64,000 nt of DNA from Mustelus asterias (lineage: Eukaryota): the NCBI RefSeq assembly GCF_964213995.1, contig NC_135807.1:54932001-54996000 (forward strand), in the 5' to 3' direction. Made by a program: the position numbers and the translations under genes. A model generated the notes under the pieces. That model saw only the letters and a list, made by a program, of their open reading frames with translations. It had not been told where the DNA came from and searched no databases. Shown here one piece after another: positions 35,480 to 49,759 of this stretch (positions within the stretch are counted from its first letter, which is position 1; each line of letters opens with the position of its first letter).

Positions 35480-37870
35480 ATCACTGCAGCATTCCACTAG
35501 TCACAGCTTGCCAACCTGAAACTGACACATTTATCCCTGTTGTCTGCTTCCTGTTAACTACCAATCCTCTATGTATGCCAACGTGTTAACTGCTGCACCA
35601 TGAGCTTTTATTTTGTGTGATAATCTTTTCTGTTATCCATGTTGATTGTTACTTCCTCAAAAAATTAGTCGAACATAATTTCCCTTTCACAAAGCCATGG
35701 TGACTCTGCCTAATTGCCTTAAGATTTCAAAAGTGCCCGGCTATCACTTCCTTAATAATTGTAGGATTTTCCCGATGACAGATGTAAGAGTAACTGGCCT
35801 TAGTTTCCTGCTTTCTGTCTCCCCTCTTTCCTAAATAGAGGAGTTACATTCACTATTTTCCAATCTAATGGGACTTTTCAGGGATCCAGTGGATCTTTGA
35901 AATTACAACCAATGCATCTACAATCTCAGCAGTCACTTCTCTTAGGACCTTAGGATGAAGTCCTTCAGGTCCTGCAGACTTGCTAGTCTTTAATTCTAAT
36001 AGCTTTCTCAGCATCCTCTCCCTGATGATTGTAATTGTTTTAAGTTCCTCTCTCCCTTTCATCTCTTGATTTCCAAGCAGTTCTGGGATGTTATTCATGT
36101 GTTCAACAGTGAAAACAGACACAAAGAAACTGTTTATTGCTTCCACCATTTCCTTATTTCCTATAATTTATCACCCAGACTCAATCTCTTAAGGGCCATT
36201 TTTTTTAGTTTTTAAATTCTTGTAAAAAATCTTACTTTGATTTGATTTATTATTGTCACATGCATTAACGTACAGTGAAAAGTATTGTTTCTTGCACGCG
36301 ATACAGACAAAGCATACTGTTCATAGAGAAGGAAATAAGAGAGTGTGGAATGAAATGTTACAGTCATAGCTAGGGCGTAGAGAAAGATCAACTTAATGCG
36401 AGGTAAGTCCATTCAAAAGTCTGACAGCAGCAGGGAAAAAACTGTTTTTGAGTCGGTTTTTATGTGACCTCAGACTTTTGTATCTTTCTCTCGATGAAGA
36501 AGGTGGAAGAGAGAATGTCCGGGTGCGTGGGGTTCTTAATTATGCTGGCTGCTTTTCCAATGCAGCGGGAAGTGTAGACAGAGTCAATGGATGGAAGGCT
36601 AGTTTGCGTGATGGATTGGGATACATTTACGACCTTTTGTAGTTCATTGCGGTCTTGGGCAGAGCAGGAGCTATACCAAGCATACTACCTGTTTTTATAC
36701 TTCCAGCCATCTTTCTCTCATACTCAAATTTCTCCCTCCTTACTATTTTTAGACATTATCTCCTTCATTTCAAATTCTGTCCAATCTTCTGACATACCAC
36801 TTTTCTAAACATGTGCAATAATCACCAAGCCAGGTAATAGCTTTCACTAAATGGAGCTCTCTGAGCCTTCTGCTCAATTTGGGCACCATCACTAACCTTT
36901 GCAGAACTATACACTTTCTCTTTCAATTTGATAATGTTTTTAACTTCCTTAGTTAGCCATGGATAGTGCATCCTTCCATAGAGTCTTTTTCCCTAGAATG
37001 TATCTTTGCTGAGTGTTATGAAATATTACCTTAAATGTCTGTCACTGCATCTCCACTATCCTACATTTTAACGTAATTTTCCAATTTACTTCAGCCAGCT
37101 CTATCTTCATTCCTTTGTAATTGTTTTCATTTCAGTTTAAAGCACTAGTCTTATATCCTCGCTTCTCACCCTCAAATTAAATGTGAAATTCAATCATGTT
37201 ATGATCACTGTACCCAGAGGCTCCTTTACATTGAGTAATTCATTAAGATCATTAAGTAATTCTATCATTCTAGACATTACTAGCTCTAGAATAGCCTGCT
37301 CTCTGGTTGCAGTATAAATTGTCTAGAAAATACTGATTCATCCAATCTATATGTAGATTGAATTTACCCATAATTATTGCCGTACTTTTCTCCCAAACCA
37401 ACAGTGTGGTCATTCTTAGGGGACCTATAAACTAATTCCACAAGTGACTTCTTACCTTTTCTATTTCTTAACCCTACCCAAACTAATTCTACATCTTGAC
37501 CTTTAGAATTAAAGTCATCTCTCACTATTCTACCAATGCCATCCTTAATCAACAAAGCTACCCCACTACCTTTTCCTAGCTTCCTGCTCTTCTGAAATAT
37601 CAAATACCTTGAATATTCCAGTCTTGGTCATACTGCAGCCACGCCTCTGTAATGGATATCAAATCATACATATTCATTTCTATCTGATTTTGTTTTATTA
37701 CAAATGCTATGTGCATTCAGAAAGAGCCTTTAGGTATGTCTTTTTCACTATGTTTGCAAATTCAGGCTTTATCTACTGATGCATTCTTAAGTTTGTATAC
37801 TGGCCCTTCCTGCCACACTCTAATTATCATTACCCACGTCATTAACCTGTACTATTGCCTTGTCCTTTCT
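35480..37870 (-). mobile_element. Older CR1 (endonuclease to RT), degraded
   Basis: ORF 37364..37603 GSGVALLIK..VYRSP; ORF 35865..36149 KSAGPEGLHPKVLRE. Confidence 0.8.
36236..36682 (-). mobile_element. Rex1/Babar LINE 3' fragment nested in CR1
   Basis: (tttga)n tail on +; homologous to 38668-39122; short tact duplication at the ends. Confidence 0.85.
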
Positions 37871-38094
37871 CTTTAATTTACCATATGTCCCCTCGCTTGT
37901 TCCCTCCACCACCCCATCCCCGACTATTTAGGATAGGTTAGATGAAGATGGGTGGGAGGAGACTCATGTCGCGGATAAACACTGGCATAGGCAAATTTGT
38001 GCTGAATAGCCTGTTTCTGTGTCATAATTTTTATATTGCTCAATGTAACATTTATGTCTCAACCAGAATCACCAAACCAGAGTAGCCGGCGTTT

Positions 38095-38245
38095 TATCTC
38101 ATTGCTGTTTCTGGAAACTTGATGTGTGCAAATTGGCTGCCATGTTTCTCAATATAACAGCGAAGACATTTCAAAAATAATGATTGGTTGTGAAGTGCTA
38201 TGGCACATCCTGAGGGTATTAAATTGTATAGTAGCAAGTCACTTC
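38095..38245 (+). mobile_element. DeuSINE (SacSINE1/AmnSINE1-like) 3' fragment
   Basis: tcattgctgttt..gtgtgcaaattggctgcc..catcctgagg resembles the Deu domain and tail. Confidence 0.6.
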
Positions 38246-38424
38246 CTCTAGAATTACCTTTTCAAACTGCTTTTCTATATGGGCTACAGTTCGTTTCATA
38301 AATGGTCATCAATCACAGAGCTCGAAAAAACACCTTTTTTAAGATCAACAGATTCCAGCTAGTTACTGAAAATGAAACAGGCAAAATAAAGGTCCAATTT
38401 TTATAATGTCAACTTTTAAAACAT

Positions 38425-38552
38425 GAGCTGGAATTTTACAGCCCCGCCCTCCATGGGAATCGGAGCGGGTGAGAGGCGCACAATGGGAAAGTACATTTAC
38501 CTCAGGTGGGATTTTACAGTTTTCGAACAAGTGAGATTGTATAATCCCGCCC
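38425..38552. mobile_element. Short MITE, same family as 21-147
   Basis: TIR gctggaattttac / gtataatcccgcc; interior is reverse-homologous to 21-147. Confidence 0.6.
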
Positions 38553-38667
38553 AACAATACACTTATTGGTCTGAGGGTATCTCAGTGCTAATTTACAACT
38601 TTCAAAATCCCTGTGATCCATCAAAAATCTATAATAAAAGCAATAAATGCTGGACGTGATCTTTAAT

Positions 38668-39122
38668 TTTTGATTTGATTTATTATTGTCACATGTATTA
38701 ACATACAGTGAAAGGTATTGTTTCTTGCGCGCTATACAGACAAAACATACCGTTCATAGAGAAGGAAATGAGAGAGTGCAGAATGTAGTGTTACAGTCAT
38801 AGTTAGGGTGTAGAGAAAGATCAACTTAATGCAAGGTAAGTCCATTCAAAAGTCTGACAGCAGCAGGGAAGAAGCTGTTCTTGAGTCGGTTAGTACGTGA
38901 CCTCAGAATTTTGTATCTTTTTCCCAAAGGAAGAAGGCGGAAGAGAGAATGTCTGGGGTGCATGGGGTCCTTAATTTTGCTGGCTGCTTTGCCAAGGCAG
39001 CGGGAAGTATAGACAGAGTCAATGGATGGGAGGCTGCTTTGCGTGATGGATTGGACTACATTCACGGCCTTTTGCGGTTTTGGGCAGAGCAGGAGCCAGA
39101 CCAAGATGTGATACAACCAGAA
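38668..39122 (-). mobile_element. Rex1/Babar LINE 3' fragment
   Basis: ORF 38826..39263 HPRHSLFRLLPLGKRY..RTNRLKNSFFPAAVRLLN; (tcaaa)n tail. Confidence 0.9.
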
Positions 39123-39269
39123 AAAACATAAGAAAGAAAAGGAACTGCCTAGGGAGATGTGATTGGCAGGATCAGGAACAGCTACCATCTGAAAACAAAG
39201 AAAAGAAAAAAGGAGAGAAACCGGAGAGGACAAAAAACAAGCGAGTATAGAAAAAGGAAACAAAATGGA

Positions 39270-41350
39270 GTCAGAGATTACAATCTGAAATTGTTGATCT
39301 CAATTTTGAGACCAGAAGGCGGTAAAGTGCCGAATCGAAAGATAAGGTAAGCTTCCTTGATTGTGCATTGAGCTTGCATTGAGACCTCAAAAAATTCATC
39401 AACTTTGCTTGCAGTTTCCACCCCTCCATCGCCTTCACCTGGTCCATCTCAGACACTTCCTTTCCCTTCCTTGACCTTTCTGTCTCCATTTCCAGCAGTA
39501 GACTATCTACCAATATCCATTACAAGCCCACTGACTCCCACAGCTACCTGGACTACAGCTCTTCGCACCCTACATCCTGTAAGGTTTCCATCCCTTTCTC
39601 TCAGCTCCTTCGCCTCCGTCGCATTTGTTCCGACAATGCCACTTTCCAAAGTGGTGCTTCTAATATGTGCTCCTTTTTCCTCAACTGTGGATTCCCATCT
39701 ACAGTTGTCGACAGGGCCCTCAACAGCGTGCAGTCCATCTCCCGCGCCACGACCCTCACCCGCTCCCCTCCCTCCCAGAACAAGGATAGAATCCCCTTGT
39801 TCTCACATTTCACCCCACCAGCCTCCGCATGCAAAGCATAATCTTCTGCCATTTTCGCCAACTCCAGCGTGATGCCACCACCAAACGCATCTTTCCTTCA
39901 CTCCCTCTGTCAGCATTCCACAGAGACCATTCCCTCCAGGATAACCTAGTCCACTCCTTCACTATACCCAACACCTCTCCCGTCACTCATGGCACCTTCC
40001 CATGCAATCGCAGAAGGTGTAACACCTGCCCCTTTACCTCTTCCATGCTCACCATCCAAGGTCCAAAACATTCATTCCAGGTTATGCAGTGTTTCACTTG
40101 CACCTCTTTCAATTTGGGGTATTGCATTCGCTGCTCCCAATGTGGTCTCCTCTATATCGGAGAGACCAAGCGTAGATGGATGATCGCTTTGCTGAGCACC
40201 TTCGGTCTGTGCACAATCAGGGCCCTGACCTTCTGGTTGCTTGCCATTTTAACACACGATCCTGCTCCCATGCCCACATGTCTGTCCTTGGCCTGCTGCA
40301 ATGTTCCAGTGAAGCTCAACGCAAACTGAAGGAACAGCATCTCATCTTCCAGCTGAGCACTTTACAACATTAAATTCAACAACATCAGATGATCAGCTGT
40401 GCCCCACCTCGACCCCTTTGTTTTCATTTTATCTAATTTTTTTACTGTTCTCTATCTTTTCTTTATTGTCTTTCTTCATTTTTCTTCCGCCCCACCCCCC
40501 ACTCTTTCCCCATATTTAATCCCCCCTTTCCTGACCTTTTCTCCCCCTTTGTTTCCTCTTTCCCCCTTTTTGTAAATTTTATCTCTCTCCTACCCATTCC
40601 ACCACCCCCTGGCCCCGCCCCACATCTTCACCTGTCACAGTTTACCCTCTGATTTCAGCTTCTCTGCCGTTTGGCCATTCACACTCTTTATTCTCTCTAT
40701 GGACTGCCATTAGCAGCCTTTTCCCCTGGTTTCTGTGGTTATGACTCATCTTTTATTCCCTCACCCTGCAGTATAAATATCTCCCACTTTCCATATCTTT
40801 TAGCTTTGACAAAGGGTCATCTGGACTCGAAACATCAGCTCTTTTCTCTCTTTACAGATGCTGCCTGAACTGCTGAGATTTTCCAGCATTTTCTCTTTTG
40901 GTTGCATTGAACTTTTCTGGGATACTAGAGCAGGCCAAGGACCGACAGGTCAGGGTGGGAACAAGGTGGAGAGTTAAAATGACAAGCGGCTGGGAGTTTA
41001 GGGTCACACTTGAAGCTGAATGAACCTGTCCCTCAGTCTGTGTTTGGCCTTCCCACTGTCGAGGGGGCCACATTCTGAGCAGTGAATACAACATACCAAG
41101 TTGAAAGAAGTATCAGCAAATTGCTGTTTCACTGGGAAAGAGTGTTTGGGGCCTTGGATGCTGAGAAGGGGGGAGGTAAAATGTTGCATCTCCTGAGCTT
41201 GCATGAAAAGGTACCATGGGAAGGGGACATGGTGTTGGGGGTGAGGAGTGGACTGGAGTATTGCGGAGGGAATGCTGAAAGAGAATGGGATGGTGTATTC
41301 ATCTTTCCTCAGCCAAACCGTGTAGCATTTGGAGCAGACTGAAGAACACA
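39270..41350 (-). mobile_element. Older Penelope-like fragment split by the 39383-40901 insertion
   Basis: ORF 41004..41387 IQGPKHSFPVKQQF..NLVCCIHCSECG (decayed GIY-YIG); continues at 39270-39382. Confidence 0.75.
39383..40901 (+). mobile_element. 5'-truncated Penelope-like element of a second family (RT C-terminus, GIY-YIG, 3' terminal region)
   Basis: YKPTDSHSYLDYSSSHP, CNRRRCNTC, YCIRCSQCGLLYIGETKR, RFAEH; TSD ttgcattga at 39374-39382 and 40902-40910. Confidence 0.92.
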
Positions 41351-42168
41351 ATTCAGCAGATATCATAAAATCCTGATACCTTTCCAACTGATGTAATTGC
41401 TTGGCAATGATAATATCCGACTATGCATAGTTTGCAACAAATTCTTTGCATATATTGATAAATTAGAAAGATTTGGATTAATGGGAGTCCATAATATCCT
41501 CTCTTTGTAACTTATATATTCTATTTGATACAAAGTACGCAGTGGAATTGCACATCAAGTCAAAAATTATTTCCTGGTTGGACAAGTGCCCTTAACATTA
41601 AGGCTCTTCAGCGACCGGATGTCTGAGTTGAATTGTAACTAGAAAAGTCACAAGGGTTTGGGTTGGGTCTGGGCATTTAAGGTCAACATTAGCGTGGAAT
41701 GGTAATGCAATATTGGGCCTTCAAGCACTCACTGAATGTTGCCTTCCGGTGATTTCCAAGTAAACGTGGTGGATTGTCAGCCAGTTCATGAGCAAGTTAC
41801 TCAAGGACACTGTAGCTATGGTCACCTGCGGAACAGTGAAATTTGAAGTAAATAAACATTGATACTTCAATCAAAATTTTGTACTCACAGCACAAGTAAC
41901 CCCACAATATGCAACATGGAAATTTGCAAGTGATTGCTTCCATTTTCAGGACTGGGCCAGTTAACTCATGGTTTAAATTGGAGGAGTAATTGAATTGACA
42001 CTGCTTCAATTTAAGTCCATGGTAATGTTGAAACAGGTGAAAGAATGAACAGTTTAGGAACTGTGTGAATCATTGTGGCCAGAGTAATGGAGAGAAGGGA
42101 AAAGAAAACTTGGATCATCCTCTAGTAGAGAAACATAAAGCCAGCACATCTCATACTGATATTCAGTA

Positions 42169-42914
42169 TGTTAGGATACCAGATCAGAAACCCCAAGGTA
42201 TATTATGAAGCCAGACAAGACTCCCAACAATTTTTTACTTTGGCATTAATGTGAGGATAGGTTGTTTCGCTCCAGGTGCTATTCTGCTGACAAACTAGGG
42301 AGCTTCTATCAAAACAAACTTTACTTAACACCACAATTTAACTATAACAAATAGTCGGCACTGTAGGGGATTCTATGATTCTATGAATTAGCTTAGCCTT
42401 TAATAATTGAATAATACTTAAACATGACAGGAAACTTATCACTATCAGTTCCAATCAAGCAATACTTTTCTTATAAACTTAAAATACTAGTTAAATGTAG
42501 TTAATAAAATACAGGCATTCTTGCTTTAACTTGGATTAACAGTCCTAGAGCTTTCAGAAAACTTCTGGAGAGAGTGAGAGCTCCATCTCTTAACAACTCC
42601 AGGCTGAAACTCCTCTTGATTTTTTAAATGAAAATGAAACTGTTTTTACCTAAGAGCCTAGCTCCTCCCATTTCCAATATCACATGACTATATCCCTGTC
42701 AATCAACCTAATCAAAAACTCATATGTTTACTTTAATGAAAAAAAAACCCACATTAAGCCTTCTGCTAAATAAACACTTACATGGCTAAAATGAGTAATC
42801 ATGCTGCTTTCTCAGCATCTGCTGAATTCCTGCCAGACAAAATGACAACTTGTAACAAAACACTGCCTCTTAAAGCTGTCTACTGAAACTTAAAATATAT
42901 ATAGTAGCATCACA
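42169..42914. mobile_element. Probable solo LTR containing a ~30-bp SINE tail near 42355-42387
   Basis: TG...CA ends; near-TSD agta/agtg; non-coding. Confidence 0.6.
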
Positions 42915-43531
42915 AGTGTATATTTTATAAATGGTACTTGGCAAAGCCACACCCTGAGGTCTATGAGGCATAGTTTCAATCTGAAATCTGACACTCATTA
43001 CTATTTCACTTTGTATACCATGCAGTTTGAAACTGACCTCAGTAAACACAATGAAAAAAACAACTCAACTCCAACTCTGACTTGCCCATTTCCAGCTCTC
43101 CCAACTCTCAAGATCTCCAATTCTCCCCAGCCCCCAAGGCCTTTGATACCCCCACCATGAGGCCTCCAACAATCTGGGCTAAACTCCTCTTCATCTAACT
43201 TCCTTTCCTGTCTCTAATATTAGCTATTAATATGAAAGGTTTCCTACCCTCAGTCACTGTTACTCTGCCTTACAAAATCACTGTCTTTCTCAAATAATCC
43301 TTCCTGTTTGCATTAACTACCATTTCACCCCTAAACTCCTCTCCGGGTCAGCAGAAGGTCAAGCTGAACTATAGTGCACGCTGTTTCACTGCCTCCTCTC
43401 CGTGTGGTCAAATAGTCTGTTACAATGCACTGTTAAAATTCAGGCTTAAACATGTAGGCCTACAACCTGCAGTCACTGATTTTTTTGTAATTTTATTTCA
43501 GCTTCACTTTAGATTTTTAAGTGAACCTTAA

Positions 43532-43848
43532 GGTGGCACAGTGGTTAGCACTGCTGCTTCACATCGCCCGGGACCCGGGTTCAATTCTGGCCTTGAGTGA
43601 CTATCTGTGTGGGATTTGCACATTCTCCCTGTGTCTGCATGGGTTTCATCCGGGTGCTCCGGTTTCCTCCCACTGTCCAAAGATGTGCAGGTTAGGTTGA
43701 TTGGCCATTCTCAATTGCCCTTCCGTGTCAGAGAGATTAGCAGGTTAAATATGTGAGGTTAGGGGGATAGGGCCTGGGGTGGGATTGTTGTCAGTGCAGA
43801 CTCGATCGGCTGAATGGCCTCTTTCTGTACTGTAGGGATTCTGTGATT
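43532..43848 (+). mobile_element. HE1-type SINE
   Basis: Head, body and tail match 6803-7126. Confidence 0.9.
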
Positions 43849-43954
43849 TTACTGAACCTTTATTGACATTGATTTAAATCCAAATGCGATTGTGCTTTGA
43901 TTAAGTGAAATAATTAATCTGTAGTGATATTATTAATTGTTTCTCCAAGACCTT

Positions 43955-44065
43955 GGCTGGAAATCTCCTGTCCCGCCCGCCATGGTTCCCGTGGCAGGCG
44001 GGACAGAAAATTTGGCGACCAGGAATTTCCGGTCTTGGGGAATGCACGGCAGGAAAATCCCGCCC
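43955..44065. mobile_element. Short MITE
   Basis: TIR ggctggaaatctcc / ggaaaatcccgccc; TSD ctt; internal hairpin ctgtcccgcccgcca..tggcaggcgggacag. Confidence 0.7.
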
Positions 44066-45153
44066 CTTGTTTTTCATACTGGCCATTCACAGCAGCTATT
44101 TAGTCTACATCTTTGTTTGCCTTTTCCAATCTTGACGACCAAAATAAAAGTTGGATGGAATTTTGCCATTTTTTTGGCAAATTCTCAGCTCGGGTGGAAA
44201 AAGCAAAAAGGAACTTGTTGGCTGCATTGCTGGCTTTTCCTGCCTTATTTTTTAACACTTCATCAATGGTGTCAGGGCCAGTGCCAGGGTAATGCCTGGG
44301 CATGACATTCACCCTCTGCCTGTTTGCCTCCGGCGGGTTCTGTTTGCCAGGTGCATATCGTGATTCACATCAGCATGCCCTAACACCGATGTTTATGGAT
44401 AGTCTAATGTGGGGCCCAATCAAACGTAAACATCTGATATGCATATTCAATTAGATGTAAATTGGGATACCAACTATGAAAGTCAGGATGTTGGTTACAT
44501 TATTCATGGGGGACAGGCACAATCGAGCAGGGAATTCCTGCCAGCCTAAAAGCTAATTTCGGTCTCCCGCTCAGTTCTCCATCCCTGCTGCCATTCCCAC
44601 CTCCCAAAAACAGGTGAAAACTCCCCCCACCCCAGTTGTCTTTCATTAATCAGACACCCTTTTCTTACTGCATTCAATGACCCTTGAACTTCAAGCCAGG
44701 ACAATGAATAGTCTTACACATCGGGTGGTCAACTATGGGGTGGAATCAGAAGATGGAATTTGACTGATGGACATACAACCCGATTGATTGCAGATCAGAA
44801 ACACCATCAAAAGATGCGCAAACGATTTGCAATGTCTGCAAAGCCTTGCCTTGTCTGTGAGAAGAATTTGCTAAGGACTCATATTTACCAGGCTCTTGTT
44901 TTGAGAAAGTCCTGAAAGGTTGGAATGGAGCCAGAAATTTTGCTTAAGGGATATTGCTTCCAGGATTTGCTGCTGCAGCTGTAGTGGAATAGTTAACCAC
45001 TCAAGACTACAAAAGGTCTGGGGACGGAGTGACTGACCAAAATGCCTACCTGTGTAAGTTTATTAGTTTGGAGAGCTGTCTTGAACAGACTAATTTGGGA
45101 TTACTGTTTGTGATATAGTATGTATATGTAATTTAATATGTATATGTAGACTC

Positions 45154-45452
45154 AGAATCCTACAGTGCAGAAGGAGGCCATTCGGCCCATCAAGTCTGCA
45201 CCAACCACAATCCCATCCAGGCCCTATCCCCGTAGCCCCACGCATTTACCCTACTAATCCCCCTGACACTAAGGGGAAATTTAGCATGGCCAATCCACCT
45301 AACACGCACATCTTTGAACCGTGGGAGGAAACCGGAGCACCTGGAGGAAACGCACGCAGACACGGGGAGAAACTCCACACAGATAGTGACCCAAGCCAGG
45401 GATTGAACCCAGGTGAGGCAGCAGTGCTAACCACTGTGCCACCGTGCCGTCC
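45154..45452 (-). mobile_element. HE1-type SINE
   Basis: Reverse complement of the HE1 head, body and tail. Confidence 0.9.
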
Positions 45453-46879
45453 AACCCCAAATGTGGCTCAGTGCCAAATATTTACTGTGTTAAAGGTGAC
45501 ATATATAAGCACGTTATTCTCCAAGAATAAGTCACAAATACTGCAGCTATTGTTGGGAGTACCTAACATAGTATGTATGTGTAATTTATTGTGTGTAAGT
45601 AACACTGTCGTTCTTCCTTTCTTTTAATATATAAAGTTCTTTGTCCTTTCAATAAAGTTAACTTTCTTTCTTTTTACTGCTTTCTTTTTATATTATCAAA
45701 TATAATTGTTATATCACTAATATTATTATTATCATTATTCAATATTATGTAAAATTGGAGAAGGTAATGTACAGCGCTGGAAAAAATTACAGTACATCAG
45801 ATTTATTCCAAAGTTTAAAAATAAATATCTCTTCCGTCTGATATTCCTCAATTGCTTTTTTCATCCATAGTAACTTCCTCTTAAATCTCCAACACTGGCA
45901 GGGATTTAAACTCTCTGACAGAAAGCATTGCAAAAGTAGTGGACCTCTTGACCAGGGATTTATGTAAGAGATCAGTGTAGACCAGGTGGTCATGTTGACG
46001 CTGTGATGACAAAAGGGATCACATGTCAAGAGCACAGGCGTTCGCCCCTGTGTGCAGGCAGACACACAGTATCTAAGAGCTGCTCAGTATTATCAATAAA
46101 CCTTCATTGTTGCTAGTCCCTGGTTGCCAGTTGATGCAACCCATTACTTCTACAATCAGATTGATTCTCATGACCAGTCTCATTAACATTTTGTCAATCA
46201 GTTGCTCACTCAAAATGGGTATAAAGTGGCAGATGATGAACTGCTGCCTGCCAGCACACAGGTAAGTCACAGTGGAAATCCAGCAGGGTTTTGTATGCAG
46301 GGACAGGAATGGGGGACAGAAGCCATATTTTCCCTGTTGGCTTCAAAGAAGCACTTCTGAGCCTTCAAGTCCCACAAAGATGAATTTTGAAGTTACTTTT
46401 TGGGATTGATTCGTCTTTGGCAAAGACTGGTATTTATTACCAATTCCTTATTTCCCATGAGGAAGTGGTGCTGGACAACCTTCTTAAGTACAATTGAATG
46501 GCTTCCTTGGTCATTTCAGAGAGCAGTTAAGAGTCAATCACACTGATGTGGATCTGGAATTGTGTATCGGCCAGTCCAGGTAAGGATGCCATCTCGGGAG
46601 GGAAGGTGGGGTGAGCTGCCTCCATCTGAAGCCCGTTTCTGACTATGGGCACACTGTCATCAAGGACTGGACACCTCAAGACGTCCCTCCACCCCCAATC
46701 TATTCCCTGATAACCTAGTCGCCCCCCCCCCCCCCCCCCCCCCTCACGACCAACCCCTATTCTCCTCTCTCTGGGACTCCTCAATGTCCTTACACTTCAG
46801 GTGCAATTCTTCCATGTCCCAGCCAGCAGGTTCAATGGTGATGAGGGGGACCCAGGGGAACAGAATTTGATGGGAAGCC

Positions 46880-47518
46880 CAAAAATTGGTTTCACGTTGG
46901 CATGAATTTGTTGTGGGATCTTCCACTGATGCCCATCATGGAAGATCAGGAAACTCACTGGAGGCCAGTGTGAATTGTTCTGCATCACGTTCATGGGGTA
47001 CAGTTGAAGGCTTGACCACTCATGCCCTCCCTCCACAGTGCCAGTGAGAAAGCACTGGTGCGGAACACAACAGAAACAATGTGGCTTGTAGTTGTCAGGC
47101 CTCACCTGAACAATGCCTGGGACTGCCTCCAGAGTTCAGGATGGAGGCTGCCGGCAACCCTGGACTCCAGAACACCACAGCAGTGGGTGGAGGGAGCATC
47201 TACAGGTGGATCTTCCAGATTCAGTGTTCTGGAAAAGGTCCACCTTCCAGCCTCAGAGCGCTCATGGAGATCTGTCCTCATGTTCAGGAGATTGATCTTC
47301 TTTCTTCAATAGTGGCTCAATGATTTGGGCCTTTTCAATATGGCACCCAAATACGGCAGTGGAGTGCACGCCATCAGGCCTGCACTGCCGTGCAATATGC
47401 TGCAAAACACCGGGCTGCATAATTAGTTAGATTGGGGCAGGAGGCCTCTGTCGCTAGAAAAACTATATGTTCCCATTCCTACCAAAGGACCTAGTCCCCA
47501 GATGGGAGAATTCCACTC
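46880..47518. mobile_element. Harbinger-derived non-autonomous remnant
   Basis: SPEQCL..FRMEA (ORF 47081..47323) resembles the transposase N-terminal motif LSEEQC.RRLRF; TIR-like gggagaattccactc at the right end. Confidence 0.4.
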
Positions 47519-49487
47519 TTAGAGCCAGGCACACCGCTGTAATACCTCTGCCAGCCACTGCAGCGCTGTGTCTGAATGCACTAGAGAGCTGTGGGCCAAT
47601 ATTATTGGTTGGCAGCTCTCCAAGGTAGGACTTCTTCCTAGTGAGGATGGAGGTCCTGCTATCAGTCAATTAGAGCGTAAAATAGCCAAGGGGCCTGTCG
47701 GAGTCGGCAGGGATGCGTGTCCCACTGGCTCTCTGGATGGTGGGGGTTGAGCCTTGCTTTTTCAGTCGTTATTATTCCAACAGGCTGAGCAATTGTTCTG
47801 AAGTCCTAGCTGAATAATCAGACCCTGATTTGCACAAATTTATGAAGCATGTGCCTGACCCAAATGAATGACTCAACAGTCTGGAGTTAAGACAGCCACA
47901 AGGGGGAATATCTATTTGGCAAAAATACAGCATTATATTTCCACCTTATCTGTCACTAATATCCTTTTGGGAAGCCTGTTTCATGCATACACAACCAGAT
48001 TGTCAAGTACAAATTGGTGTTGGAAGAATTAAGTGAAACATATTAAAAGTCAAATGGCTCGAGGAGGTACAAACATTTTGAAAGTGATGTTCGACTTTCA
48101 AAAACTGTCATATTGGCCAAAAGAAATCAATGATTTTAATGGCAAAATAGTTCAGGTCGAATTTCCAATACTTCCAACACAATGTCAGAAAAATGGTGAG
48201 GTCTGTTGTACATTTTCCTCTGTGTGCCACAATTTGCTGTGATAGTTACCTGGAACCAAAGTGCACATCCTAATTGAAAAGGTACAGGCTGCCTCAAAGT
48301 GGCATCAACACAATGCACAATATTGATGTCCCCTACTCGCCCCAACAGCATCGTACCCCACCTTCCTACCCCCAACCCCAGCAACCCCCACCAATCACCC
48401 CCCCCCCCCCCTTCCCTCCCCCTCAACACCCCCCCACCTCCCCCCACCACTATCTGAAAACAGGTGAACCAATAAATGGCATTTATTTCAGGTCAATCGA
48501 TATTTTATTGCTTATAATTAATATATTCTTGATTGCCCTTCCTGCAAGGCAGCTAATCAGAACAACTTCAGCCATGGGAAAGCAGTACCTGGCTTGGTAA
48601 AGGTGATCTAATATCTAGGTTTGAAGATTTGAAGGAAGCGTTCTCTCTGGTATCTGTTCTTGATTTTGTTGTGGATTCCAAGCATCACCGAGCCTTTTTG
48701 AACATGATTTTCAAGTTCACACGATTCTCCACCAAACAAAGTGCCCAGTGATGAGTTTATTCTCCTTCTTTCTTTCTCAAAAGGAGTGGAGCCTGGTGTT
48801 GACAAAGTGACACAACATTCTTCATTCTTTCAGGTATTACCTTGGCATTTTGATTTGAATGACATTAACAATATCATTTTCATTTTCATTGCTTTTTCCC
48901 TGGATAAATGTTTCTTCATATATAAACTTGGATTACCCAGTGATAATCCAATCAAATGGTTCAGATAACATTAAAAACCAAGAGCAGAAAGGACAAACAG
49001 TTTGTTAGTCACCTGAATCCCAAGACTGGATTTCTGCCACTAATCTCCTGCAACAACTCAAGTATTTACAGCCACATCTTTTTAGACACTGTTATTACTA
49101 CCATTTTCTTGTCTCTTTGCAATGATGATACTGACCCAAAATGATGAAGAATTTCATACCATTACAAACTGGAGACTCATTGTGCTGAATTTTCCTGGCC
49201 CTGTGAAGGTGGGACTGGAGGTGGTGGGTGGGAGTGAGGGGAGGGGGGAGGGGGGGAGGGGGGATGGTGGTGGGAGGGATGGGAGGCTTGAAAATGGGGT
49301 GGGGAGCCACTTAGGAGTGGTTCCCTCAAATAGTCTCACCATTCTGGAGACAACAGCCAATTATGTCCCACTTAGGGGTGATTTTACAGCCTTGATGGAG
49401 GCAACTGCCCAATGGCAGGCTGGAGGGGGATTTGGGAAGGGTGGGATTGTTTCCAAACTGGAGTCTTCATGCCCTAGCAATGGGTCA

Positions 49488-49759
49488 TCATAGAATCCCT
49501 ACAGTACAGAAGGAGGCCATTTGGCCCATCGAGTTTGGACCAACCACAATCCCACCCAGGCCCTATTCCCACAACCCCACGCATTTACCCTGCTAATCCC
49601 CCTGAAACTAGGATCAATTTAGCATAGCCAATCAACCTAATTCGCACATCTTTTGGACTGTGGAAGGAAACCCATGCAGACACAGAGAGAATATGCAAAC
49701 TCCACACAGACAGTCACCCGAGGCCAGAATTGAACTTGGGACCCTGGCGCTGTGAGGTA
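49488..49759 (-). mobile_element. HE1-type SINE, slightly 5'-truncated
   Basis: Reverse SINE body with tcatagaatccctacag tail. Confidence 0.9.

Noticed and set aside
44680-45140. Possible LTR-like fragment
   Set aside because: I could not define TG..CA ends or a TSD.
45787-46065. 92-aa minus-strand ORF in unique-looking DNA
   Set aside because: No recognisable domain or consistent splice structure.
48560-48752. Plus-strand frame containing EDLKEAFSL (EF-hand-like)
   Set aside because: No EF-hand loop follows, so it is probably a chance match.
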